Assembly (NCBI GenBank): GCA_000708835.1
Contig: DF237015.1
Location: 185,502-249,501 of the forward strand
Source of the DNA: Klebsormidium nitens
Taxonomy: Eukaryota; Plantae; Klebsormidiophyceae
Length of the DNA stretch: 64,000 nt
Direction of reading: 5' to 3'
Positions 22,474 through 40,123 of the stretch are shown one piece after another. The notes beneath the pieces were generated by a model. The model did no database searches. It had not been told where the DNA came from and worked only from the letters and a program-made list of their open reading frames with translations. How positions within the stretch are numbered: the stretch's first letter is position 1; each line of letters starts with the position of its first letter. The position numbers and the translations under genes are program-made.

Positions 22474-25400
22474 ATGGGATTGTTCAATCTCTTTGGCGGC
22501 CCTGATGTGGGCAAATTGGGCTTTGGCAGCGCGACCACCGCTCAGGAAGCGGTGGCGGGGATTGATCTCTCAGGAAAAGTCGCTGTGGTTACAGGTGAGC
22601 AGACGAATGCATCAAATATTATTAGGAGCAGACGTGAAAGCCCCGTCAAGCATGCATATTGGACGAGGATTGGAATTTGTGTGCAGTACAGCCTTGATGA
22701 ACTCTTCTGATTCCATCTTGGAAGTTTCCGATCTAGGGTTCAGGAATTACTTTTTTTGAATGGCGGGCCAAAGTTTGCATGCGCTACAGGCAGGTCTCGC
22801 TGTAAGTCACGCAGTCCTAGCCTAAATCTTCCATTCGTTGACTCAAATCAGGCCGCGTCAAGGTCTTCTGACCACTTGTGGCTATAGATGGCTCACAGTC
22901 ATGGACACCACTCCGAAGGTTCGACCACAATTTTCACTCTCTGCATTGTCATCCTTTTAAATGACAAAAGCACAAGGAAGCATGGTTGCAGCAAAACGGG
23001 TTCTGTGCTCTGAATTTCTTTGAAGAAGTTGACTGTATGGGATGGGTTGTTAGAACTTGTTACCCATGTGTCCCGATGCGTCTGCTTTGTCCAAGCCCGA
23101 ATTCGAGATATTTGGATACAGGCAGGATGAAGCTTTCCTCTCCAAGTCAAAACCACACAGTGTACATATGGGCCTCCAGTTTGCTTCCAACAAATCAAGT
23201 GGTCATGAGGGGCCTTGCGCACTCCAAATACCTGTTCGATCAAACCCCAGATTGCGATCTCAGTCAAGCTGCTTGCGAGTGTTGACACTATTCATGGCCC
23301 CTGGCCTGCCTGCAGGTGGGAGCAGTGGCATCGGTGTTGAGACTGCACGCGCACTGTCTTCTCAAGGTGCACACACGGTGCTCGCTGTGCGAAATACAGA
23401 GGCAGGGCAGGCGACGAAAGCGGATATCCTCAAAGGCAGCCCTAAAGCCCAGGTGCGAACCGCACTGCTTGTGGAGCCCTTGCCTGCCGTTGAAACAGAA
23501 TGGTGCTTCTATATTTGACAATTGTCATGCGAGAAGGGAGTAACAGTCCTGCCTAAGCTTACCATCTCGTCCAAGTAAAGGGAGATTCCAGATTGACGTT
23601 ACACTCGGAGAACCCTCCATTGCCTTGGTTCTAGAACCTAATAACCAAGTGGATGCCTTCACTTGAGTCGACGCCAGTGCTGCCAAATCAATTCGTTCCT
23701 AACAGTGTGTTTGACTGCAGGTCGATGTGATGTCTCTCGATCTGAGCTCCTTGGATTCCGTCAGGAGCTTCGCTAGCGAGTTCGAGAAAACGAAGCTGCC
23801 CCTCAACATTCTTGTGTGAGCAAAACTTTCCTATATCGGGATCCGCCGTAGAGTTCCTGACGTTGTTGGCCAACTTGTCCACGAGTTTGACCACTCGCGA
23901 CTGTTGATTGCTTAGTTGGAAGGGACATGCTGACGTCAGGGCTGGCAAAGAGTTCGTAGATTTCTTAATGCTAGCCCTGGTGACTTCGAGTACGTGCGAC
24001 GTACATTGAGTTTTTCCCCTGTCAGTGTGATGCATCGATGCACCTCAGAAGGACTAAGCTTGTAAGCTCGCTTTCACGTCATAAGGACATTACTTGAATC
24101 GCTATCGCCAACGCACAGGCTCGAATGCACAACAGAAGTATTTCGGAGGATTTCTTGTGAGCATTCAAGTACCTCCGGTCAACCGTATCAGCCTTCTTGA
24201 AGTTGGGCTCAAACCAGAGCAGAGTCCGAAGGCAGTATTCCGATGCGGCATTCGGTCCATTTAGATTAGCAGTGTCCTGTTCGGTGCCTGAAGCAAGTCG
24301 GATTCATCGCAACTTGATGGAGAGAGGCCCTCTGTTCCGACCAAGCTTTTAAAGCAAAGACTCACCAGTATTGCGGCTGTCCATTGTGCAGAAACAATGC
24401 TGGAGTGATGATGTGCCCCTTTTCTAAAACCAAGGACGGTCACGAGATGCAGTTTGGCACTAACCATCTAGGTAAGCTTTCCGCCCAGAATCTTATACTG
24501 CTAGCATCAGATGTGACCCCGGCTTCTCTACCGACTGTCATCTGACGATTGTGAGCCGTCCGTTTCGTTTGGATGCCCATCGTACGGCTCAAGTTCACTT
24601 CGACGAACGTGAACATCTCTGTTTCTCGATGTGCCTAAGAGCAGTGCTTGATCCCTTGAGACGGACAACGTGCGAACTTCAGTGATGTCGGTTTCTCCTT
24701 TTCAGGCCACTTTCTGTTGACGGATTTGCTGCTCGACAACCTGAAGCAGACGGCGAAGAAGACCGGCACGGAGAGCCGCGTCGTACTTCTTTCCTCCCGA
24801 GCACACCATCGAACGTACGGAGAGGGCATCCGCTTCGACAAGCTCAACAGCGAAGAAGGGTACGCCGCTCTGCTGTTGCTATTTTGCATCGTTCCAGGCT
24901 GGAAAGGAACGATAACTAAAGGAAAGGAATGCGGAATCAGCGGGCGCTTCGGTTGATATAGAGGAGTGCGTTTCGCAAGAGTTCATTCTGGGTAGAGTAG
25001 CAATTGAAGAGCGAACATTCCTTCTTGACAAGCTCAACAGCGAAGCAGAATACGCAGCTCTGCAGCTACCGCCTTTGTACCGGTTTCCATCTTGCGGGTG
25101 GAAAGATCTTCGGCGTTTGGTTGCTTCGTAACGTCCATCTCGCAGAGTTGACAAAGTTCGTCTCGCAAAGAGTCCAACTCGCGTTGTTTACTAAGTGAGG
25201 AGTGAGGGGTATCCAACTCGACAAGCACAGAACTGAGGGAGGGACCGCAGCTTGCTACGCTTTTGCATCATGACCAGGCTGTGGAAGTGACGCTGACTTG
25301 GCGGCTTCCTGTTGGTGTTTGAGTCGTTCACCTACTGAGCACTTGCATTCACAGTTTGACGACTTTATTCTATCTCCAGCAACGGCCGTAAAATTGCGTT

Positions 25401-27753
25401 GGATGTCGTAATCAGAAGACGGTAGCCTCTTGAAGCGCAGAGCTAAAGTTTGTCAAAGGATGCGGAATCGGTTGGACGCTGGGAAAACCCGTTTTGCCGC
25501 AAGGAAAATAGCGTGACCTTTGACCAGACTCAAGTCGCGCTGATTCGAGAAAGGTTGGGACAACAGATTGTAACAAGAGCCCGTGTTTCATATGTGCACT
25601 ATAAATCCATCTTGGCGTATGGGCAGTCAAAGCTTGCCGAGATTCTGCCTGTCGACGAAAGTGGTTCGTCAAACGCAGACCGTAACCCCCATCTTTTACA
25701 CATGTACTTATAGTTCCTTTTTGGCGTCTGACCAGTCGAAGCTCGTCAATGCGGTCGAAGGAATTGGTGGTTGCAGAATCTGACAGTTGCCGCGTTTATG
25801 TGTGCAGTTACAGTCCCTTTTCGGCGTATGGCCAGTCGAAGCTCGCGAACGTGCTGCACGCAAACGAACTAGCGAAGCGCCTCAAGGTGGGCAACGCCTC
25901 TCGACACGATGGAAACTCTGTGGCGCTCCAACCTAAATCAAAAAAGGCACCGTGAAACAGCCTTTTGTAGTCGGGCAAGGTCTTTTCTCCGAATAAAAGA
26001 CTGAAGCTGGCCCGAAGCTGGCACGGAGACATGGAAGCTCGCTTCAGTTGATACAGAAGGATGCAAGCCTTGCCATTGCCGGCCGTTCCCTGACGGCTCC
26101 TTTGACCCAATTCCCACCAGTCGACGGTTGGTATTCCAAGATTGGCTCACCTTCGAATGTCGTCACGTAGATCGATAAGATAAGGGGGTCCGTGAAGAGT
26201 TTTCAAGGCTCCCTCAGTCCCGTCAAGCTTTCATTAAAATCTCGATTGCAAACTGACTAAGATCTGGCGCGCATGCTGCCATGTGGACAACGCGAAAAGT
26301 TGAGGATCGGGTGTATCCCATGGCCGTTGAAACCTTCTCGCATTGCAACCGCTGACGTCATCCCACAGTCCTGCAGGCGGAGGGCGCTGACGTCACTGTG
26401 AACTCGGTGCACCCGGGGGTCATCGCCACCAACCTTGGGCGGCACCTGCCGGGGCCCGTTCAGTGGCTACTGAGTAAGCGGCAGCAGGCCTTTTGCTGAC
26501 GTCACAACCGTGACGTCGGACGCAGCATGATCACACTCTTCACCGAATAGCATCAGTGTGCTTAAGAAGTCTGCTCCTCGCGAGCTTTACTTGCCGCTGT
26601 GGCGATTGGTGTCATTTTGTGAGATATTCCGCGAGCTCTGATGTTATTCACACCTTTTGGTTTGTTTTGAGCTAAGTCTGTATAATTCTGGCTGGCCGGC
26701 TTTCCATGGTTTAGAGGTCGAAGTGACAAGTGCTTTTCCTTGCCCCCGAACATTTCCATCCCGTTTACCTTCCCTGATGTTTCAAGAAAAGGCCTCTTTG
26801 TCTGACGCGAGAGCCTGTCTTTTGCAGATAACGCAGTGAGGCCGTTCATTAAGAATCCCGAGCAGGTGAGCTGGACAACTCGTGGGCGCTTTTTCCATGT
26901 ATTGCGTTCCTGCTAAACTGAGTTTGCTGTTCGTTTACTTGTAAGGACCTTCGGTTTAGCTGCATCTTCATATGGCATGGAGTCCCCCTATGCTATATAC
27001 TGGCAGAGCGGTGACAAGAAAAGTCGATTCGAGAGGAAACGTAAGGCTAGGGCCTGTTGGGCTCCTGTACAATCACCGAGATTCAGATTTAAACGCCCGG
27101 TCTGTCCCATCGGCGGCTCTTCGATCGTCGGCAGTGCGCGTCAGCGGTGGTCGCACCGTTGTCCGTTGCATTGACGGTGACGTTACCAATTTCCATAAGC
27201 CCCAGCTTTAGCATTTTGCGGTACCACCTCGCCTTCGAGCATTGGATCGGAGTCGCCTGCTGAAGAGCTGCTATGGCTTAAGAAAGATCTCGTCAACCAT
27301 CTTAATATCGTCAGTTTCCAGATAAGATAGACTGAGAAAGACAAGCGGCTTAGAGGCGCCCGCGTTGGGTCGGAGACTCAGGGCCATTCGGTACGCTATC
27401 AACCTCTCCAATCGATCAGGGGGCAAGTCGTGGGTTGTAAGTTAGTCTGCTTCACGCCTGATGCCCCACGTCTGGCGAATGGGTTTAGCCGTCTTCCAAG
27501 GCTTCCGCTGTCATCATTTCAGAGGATGAGTCATCATCTCAAAGGCTGAGGAAAAGATGTGGCTGGCACTCGATTCTCTTTTATGTAGGGTGCTGCGACT
27601 TCGGTGTTCGTCGCTACCAACCCGAGCTTGAAGGGGGTCACCGGGGAGTACTTCGCGGACTGCAACGTCCAAGAAAAGTCGGCGTTTGGAAAGGATGCGG
27701 CGTTGGGCGAGCGACTGTGGCAAGTAAGCAAAGAGTTGACCGCCAAAAAGTAG
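22474..27753 (+). CDS. Short-chain dehydrogenase/reductase, Tic32/retinol-dehydrogenase-like (9 exons)
   Basis: GKVAVVT|[14 protein letters not shown] (TGxxxGIG), [26 protein letters not shown]|[23 protein letters not shown] (YxxxK), [23 protein letters not shown]...GEYFADC; stop at 27751-27753. Confidence 0.93.
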
Positions 27754-28734
27754 CTGAAGGGGTTGGCCACGCGTTGTCCTTAGACAGGGAGTATTGGCCG
27801 GTTATTTCTTGTTATTTTGCAGGTAGTCAGGAAAAAGACGGCATGCACGTTTCACGATATTGCTGCGCATTGTGGTATTATAACATGGTCAAAGTGATGG
27901 ACACAACGATCAAGTTAGCAACACTCAAATGGTCTAGGCTAGCGCTTGTGTACATAAATTAGCCTTACACTTTGAACAGGCTCTACTTTTGCCGACAATA
28001 CTTCGACATTATCGTACTGAGCAAGGCCAGTGAACATGTTGTTGGATATTGAACGTGGAAACCTTCTAACTACACTGAGTGCCGTGCCGCGGACGGGGCC
28101 GGTCCGGGCAAGCATTCGCAAACATGACGGTACGGAAGATTATTTGTACTCTACATCATTGTCTGTTAAGCGCAGGCTGCATGCAGATTTGCGCCGACCG
28201 GATCGCACATGTCGGTGACTATCATAGTATCACCATGCATGCAGTCTCACTCTTCGATTGCAATATATTTGCGATATCGGACGGTTGCAAAATGAGTGCG
28301 TGCACATGTAATCAACCATATACTATGATATATCCAAGTACGTTCAAATTATGCAAATGTTAGAACATTTCGGTAATCATTGATCGAATTACCATGACCG
28401 GCGCGATTAATTGTACACTGGCACATGGACGATCGAAATTTTACACTAAAGTAAGGGCGATAACCTGCCGCGCTGGCAACATGTTGCTATTATTGACAAG
28501 GCTGCCACAGCACAGATCTGCATTCAATAACATCCGAGAAAGGAGATTTCGCAGCTGAACGAGCAATGCTCCAGATATTGCAGAATACTGGTTTTGCAAA
28601 GACATTTCGAAGGTGCAAGCCGCATCAGGAAAATCTTGCTCTTCAACCGGTAGATCTGGATTGCAAAAGAATCCTCCTAGGTCGCACAAGTAGCAGTTGA
28701 GTACAATTACAATACAACGGCAAAACGGTACCTT

Positions 28735-33879
<5,145 letters not shown>

Positions 33880-34532
33880 GGCTCCTGGTGCGCTGGTTTT
33901 CCCCGAAACTCCAAAGAAGAAGACGGCCTCACAGCGGCTTGAAGCGCGTCTCTTCACAAAGTCACAAGTTTCTGGAGACGGTCTGTCCAGAACTTGGGCA
34001 GAAGCACAGGCGAATGGATTGGATTGTGGCATGGACGAGCAATTCCATGCATCCGTAGACTGTAGCTCACGTTCCCTGGAACGCCATGATTGCTGCGGTT
34101 GACTTGTACCTGGTACAGCCAGCCAATGGACTCCACGTGTACGCTGATAGTAACAATCAAAGTGAGCCGTCCATTTTACCAGAATCTGTCATTAGCATCG
34201 TCGATTCCAGGCTTCGTTGACACGGAATCAGTTGGAAGGATTCTGCTTTCTGCAGCCGGTGTACGCGTCCAACTAGGCTGGGAACATTTCGGACATCCTT
34301 CTTCTCTAAGTTTGCCAAGCCCCGCCTCAGGCTGCCTGCATTCTCTCGCGTGAGTCGCGTGTGTGTGTCTTTTTGGAAGCAGTGAAGGGAGCTGACCGCC
34401 CTGGAAAGCGCTACATGACTATCATTCCAGACCGGTCAGTGTCACGATTGTGAGGGGCAGGCTCATCAAGGCCTTGGCAAGGTGGCACCACCATTTGCAG
34501 TGTCATTGTCAAGAAAATTGCAAAACATCCTC

Positions 34533-37500
34533 ATGGCTGCCTGCAAGACCGCTCTGCAACGCGTTGGGAAGCAGAGCGGCCTTTCCCGCCTGCTCCGTCC
34601 GCACAATTCTTCCAACTTAGCCATAAAGGCTTGCCCTTTAACGAAGTCGCAAGTCCCGAAACAACTTTCAAGTTGCAAACTCAGAGCCCTCAGCGAGGAA
34701 ACCAATTGGAAGACACCTTTGACTAGTCCCAATGCACCACCATTTAGCATTCTCCACTCAAACCACTCCTGCACCTTTCACACCGCGCTTGGAGGCCGGC
34801 GTCAACCTAGAACTAGCCATGGTGGGGAAAATAGCACCACCAGGAACGTCCGCACTGAAGCTGCCAACTTCGAATTAGATGCCCCCACCTCTGAGTTTCG
34901 CTACTTTGCAACTTGCACCCCCGGTCTCGAGAAGATCGTCGCCGAAGAGCTGGCGTCTCCACTGATCGATGCTCAGAACGTATCCCCCGCAAGGGCGGGA
35001 GTAGCTTTCATGGGGGATTTGGCCGTGGGTTACCGCGCTAACCTCTGGTTAAGGTGTGCGGTGCGGGTGCTCATTCACATGGCGGAGGGAGAACTTGTGC
35101 CATGGCGGCCGGCGGGAGACGAGGTGTACGATTTTATCAGGGGGGCGGTTGACTGGCAAGCGCTGCTGCTGGTTGGCGGGCGAAATGGTGCACGTCGTTG
35201 TGAGTGGGCACCGTGACCAGAATCCCTTTCTTTCCCCACTCTCCTGTGATGCCTTTTGTACTTTCAATAACAGTACTATGTTGGTTGTGAAGTGTTAATA
35301 TTGCGAAAGATGCTGGTTCTTTTGCAAGCCATGGACACTCGCAGGCGCCAAATGAGCCACCACCACCACATCATTGTCGGCGCCCCTCTAGCGGTTGTAC
35401 AGATGCATGTTGTTTTCATTTTAGCCTTAGGCCTATCCTGTGGCTCAAAAGTGGAGTGACAGGCAGCAAACAGGCAAACAGGCACTAAATGTGTCACCAC
35501 CACAATGAATTGCTGTGTTCCTCTTCAAGAAGGACAAGTTTAGACATCAACTTACCCCCACTTTATTCCATGACAAGTACCTCCTTCTTTATGATCAAAA
35601 TCTACCGGACGAGCATTCACGTCAACTTGCCACGTTATCTCCCCTCACCTTGCCACCTCTCTTTCTCTGAATTGCTTTCCCCCTCGCTTCCTCCCCTTCT
35701 TATCCCAATGATTTCTTCCCCCAGTCAAGGAATCCCAACTGCGCACGTTCTGGGTTGACGCACGCGTCTGGGATTGCTCTAACGTGACCCACTCCGGCAT
35801 GGTCTCCGTACGAGCCAAAGACGCCATCTGCGATGCAATCAGGTATGTGCACACGTCTGTGACAAAACCAAGCTTGTGTGGCATCTGCATGTTGGACTTA
35901 TCTCGGAAATGCTTGTGGGTTCTGTGAGATTCCTTCTTGGCTTTCTTTTTTTGGTATTCTTGGGGTAATTCAAATCAATTCGATGCAAGTCAATGCTATC
36001 GACACGTCTGCGCAATGCGTTTGGCATGTCAGGTACGCTGACCGAATTCTACTTGCTGCGGATGCTCAATGATCGCTTGAGCTCGAATCTCATCTCCATG
36101 CGTCTGTTTGGCCCAAGCTTTGTAGTTGGTTGAAAGCAACTTCTCCGTACCTTCATTCAGCTGTTACTGGATCTCAGTCTTGACAGATCTGCTGCCATGA
36201 TTGAAATCGATAGCGTATTTCATTTCAGGGACACCTGCCAAGGTCTCAAGCCACCCCCCCCAGAGAACGGCGCCAATGATGCCGACCTCCCTTTATTCCT
36301 CACACTCTACCGTGATAAGGCCACCCTGTACCGGGACATGAGCGGCGTCAGTCTGCACAAGCGGGGGTATCGGGATGCGATGCACCGCGCAAGTTTGAAC
36401 GAGGGGGTCGCAGCTGGGATGCTGAAACTGGCGGGCTTCGGGGCAGGGGGTTTCCGAGCGAAAAGGAAGGGTGCTGAATCTGGGGGAGCCGGAGCTTCGC
36501 CAGAAAGGGGGTCCGGTCGGCGGGATAATTATGACCCGGAGGACGGAGGGGAGTCAAGACAGGGGGTAACGTTAGCAGACCACAATATGTCCTCAGCAGC
36601 AACTGCTGACGGAGGTCTGACGTCAGCAGCCCTAGAAGTGCCAGATGGGAACGGGCGGCGGTTGGAGAGTCATGCGGAGGCGAGTGCGAGCGGGCGGGGG
36701 GATGCTGATGAGGCGCAGGGGGGCGCTGACGTGGCGCAGGTGCTGCTGGACCCGATGTGCGGCTCGGGGACGCTGCTCATCGAAGCGGCGCTAATGGCGG
36801 CCAATACAGCGCCGGGCTTGCTGCGGAGACGGTGGCCGTTTGAGGTGAGGGTGCGGCGCTGGTGGCAGCGCTTGCTTTGGTGAGCTCGATCAGGCACGTT
36901 GCATGACCGTTTAAAGGGACAAGTGGACAATCTTTTGATCACCTACATGAACGGCTTGAATCGCGTGGTCGAGCACTCGTAGTGCAGAGTTGGTCGGACT
37001 TTTGCCATCCGTTGGAGATAGCTCGAGCGGGCAATCTATGGGCCCCTCGATGTAGCTGAATCAGTGTGGTCAGCAACTCAAAAATTTCCAGTGTAAGCTT
37101 TCAAAATATTCCACTTTCCGACGAATTGACTTCCGAGGAGGAGTGGAGCGAGGCGACGAAGATACATAATCAAGCGCAGCCGTGGACGATCCCTCGAGGA
37201 GCATATAAGTGGTACCATTACGCAAGTTGATTGCTCGGTATCAAGCCCCGCGGAGCTGGCCTGACTTCGACAAGCTCTCACGGAAGTGGGGCAGTAACGC
37301 TCTAGAAGCAGCAACGGTAACAATCTGCACTGTCCGTCACTCCCTTCCGACGAGCTGGTGTGGACGCAGAGCGTGCGCGACTCCCAGTCACAAAAAAACA
37401 CCAGCTTTGATGAGCTACGACGGGGGTTTTCAGTGGCTGGAGCTGCCAGCGACACAGCTGTGAATTCCTCGCTGCTTCACTTTCCACGCGGGACCTGACC

Positions 37501-39686
37501 CTGAAACAGTGCATTCCATAAACAACTTCAAATATCAGACGTTGAACAGCGCATCGACTCATCCTTACGCAATCCGCAGAGCTGGCCCGACTTCGACGAG
37601 CAGTTGTGGAGGCAGTGCGTGCGCGACGCCAGGTCGCACCAGACTGACTGGCCGCAGGGCCTCCGCCTCCTGGGGAACGACATCCACCCGGGGGCGCTCG
37701 AGCTGTGCAGGTACGGGATTGCTCGCGCACTTTTGTGACTGCCTTACAAGGGTGAGATGCATCACATGCATTCACTCGCGTCTCTCTGGTGGGGGTAAAC
37801 CGGATGGGTTCGCTTGCGGTTCCTGGTTGCGCATCTCGAGTTGGAGAATTGCTCGAGCCGTTCAGATGGACATTGGTAAGGTTGTTGCTGAGTCGCCTGT
37901 GCCTCAAGGTTCTGCTACTACGTACACGAGCACCGAGGATGTGTCGAAGTTGTGAACTCCCACGTTGAAGCCCTACACTTGACCTGCTGAGACTGCTTTG
38001 GAGATTTACACACGTGTAGGTTAAAGGGATCAAATACTACGTCATCACCAAACTCAACTTGAATCTGGACCTTTAATAAGAGTTTGACCCACAAGAACGC
38101 AAATCCTTGGAAGTTATTGCTGCGATCAAAATTGGCGGGTGGGTTGCGGATGCGGTGGTGGAAGCAGGCAGCCTTTGCTTCAGGGCTCACTTTTTGTTTC
38201 AACGTAGTGCTCCCACGAGCTCCGTTTGACCAGGTGTTTGATCGGTCCGGTCAAAGGATGCCATGTCTTAGTGCAACCCAGACGAGCTGACCAAAGCGCC
38301 GAAACGTAAGAGAGCAGCAGGAGCATCTCCAAATCTACTTTCGGTTCTTCTCCTTCCCCTTCGTCTTCAAGTCCCCCAACTCGGAGTCTCGCCCTACGAC
38401 CTCGAAATGATAACCGCTTTCCGATCTTGCAGGAAGGATGCGACCGCTGCGCGCATGATAGACGCGATCACGCTCTCGCAGGAAGACTGTGTGCGCTACG
38501 TTCCGCCGGCCAAGCCGACGCACGTCGTCGTAAACCCGCCGTGGGGGCTGCGGCTAGAAACGCTAGACAGGTGAGGCGCCCGACTCGCTTCTCAAATGTG
38601 GGCGGAAAAAATGCTGTTGAGCTGGATAAACCACTTTTTCTTAAATCATCGAGAAACGCAATGTATTTCTTTTGAGCGGGTTGGCAGTCCGCAGACCTGC
38701 TTAACGGATATTGTGGAAATCATTCCAAAAATTTGGGTGCTGCTTGAAGCGTGACGAAACGCTTGGAAGTCTTAATTGGCCGCTTGAAAGTCCGAAGTTT
38801 CGGTTTGATGTTACGACCAATTCCCCTTTCCGAAAAGCCCATTCTGATCCACTCAAGGACGCCCTGCCTCAAAGCTATGTTTATTGGGTCAATCTATCTC
38901 TCGCTGACCCGCTTACTTGGCACAGAAAGACCATTTTGTCAATATTTGTCGCTAGCTCGTCTTGCTCCATGCCGTCTCATGTTTCTTTCATTCAGTATCT
39001 CAGTGGGACATCTGGCCCGTCGCCACCGATCCCCCTTCCTTAGCTTGTTTCTGAAGAAACCGTGACAGGTTTTACAGCATCCTCAGAAGTCTGGCCCGCC
39101 TGATCCACCCTAGGCTTTGCTCAAACTCTCCCCTGGAAACCCTTGCCAGTCCTATCTTGGTCAGGGTCACGAATCGCTAACCCTCCTCACTTCCTGACAA
39201 CCCAGGGAAGCCCAAGAGGATGAGCACTACATGCTCGCATCGGCGTACCAAAAGCTGGGCGCGTTTCTCAAGGACCAATGCACGGGGGCCGACGTTTTCC
39301 TGCTAAGCGGCAATGCTGACGCGACCCGGAACATGCGCCTGCGGGCCGACCGGAAATGGCCGCTCTCCGTGGGGGGGATCGACTGCAGGGTGCTGCACTA
39401 CAAGGTCCTACCCCCCCTGAGCGAGGAAGGGAGGCGGGCCATCGCGGAAGATAAGGAGGCGCGGAGACAGGGGGGTTCGCAAGAGGGGGGTTCGAAAAGC
39501 GGGCGGAAAGAGGGGGGGGCAAGGTATGGGGTTCGGGAGGGGAGGCCGTTAGAGGATTCGATCAAGGGGCGGAACACTGGAGGGAGAGGGGGGGGTGTAA
39601 AGTTTGACTGGAGGGATGACGTTGACGTTGAGAAGGCGGAAAGGTCGGAACGTGACAGGGAGAGCAAGACGAGCGTATGGTCCTAA
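34533..39686 (+). CDS. THUMP-domain RlmL/RlmKL-like RNA guanine methyltransferase with probable organellar transit peptide
   Basis: [52 protein letters not shown]...[48 protein letters not shown] (NPPY/W motif). Long S/L/R-rich N-terminal extension. Confidence 0.9.
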
Positions 39687-40123
39687 AAAGAGTTTTAAAA
39701 AGGAGTGCAGTTCCTGAATTGGTGCTTGCAGCGGCTCGTAAGGATATCCAGACGTGTTTGCACCAACTTCAGAGACTTGTTTTTGTAAGGGATTTTGGTC
39801 TGACAGTCTTTTTTGGACAAGATAAACGAAGAGATGCCCGAACGGCCACATTCAAAGGTTTCCTTCAAGGCATCACGATCGGAGCTGATACATGCGTCGG
39901 TGCTTGTGAGCTTCCACTTATTCAGAAAAACCGAGTCAACTTAATTGATTAAGTCATGCATTTGAAGTGCAGTCACTCTGTTTTCAGCGACACTGAATTG
40001 TTTTTCAGAAGTTGAAAGACTTGGCTCTTTGCTTTCTGCATGGGCATGATGGCAGACCTTCCATGTTGGATTTGCCGCCACAATGCCTTGAACAGCCTCG
40101 TGACTGTATCCACGAGGTGGCTA

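Noticed and set aside
37302-38033. 243-aa minus-strand ORF
   Set aside because: Antisense to a THUMP exon; R/S/A-rich, which is typical of shadow ORFs.
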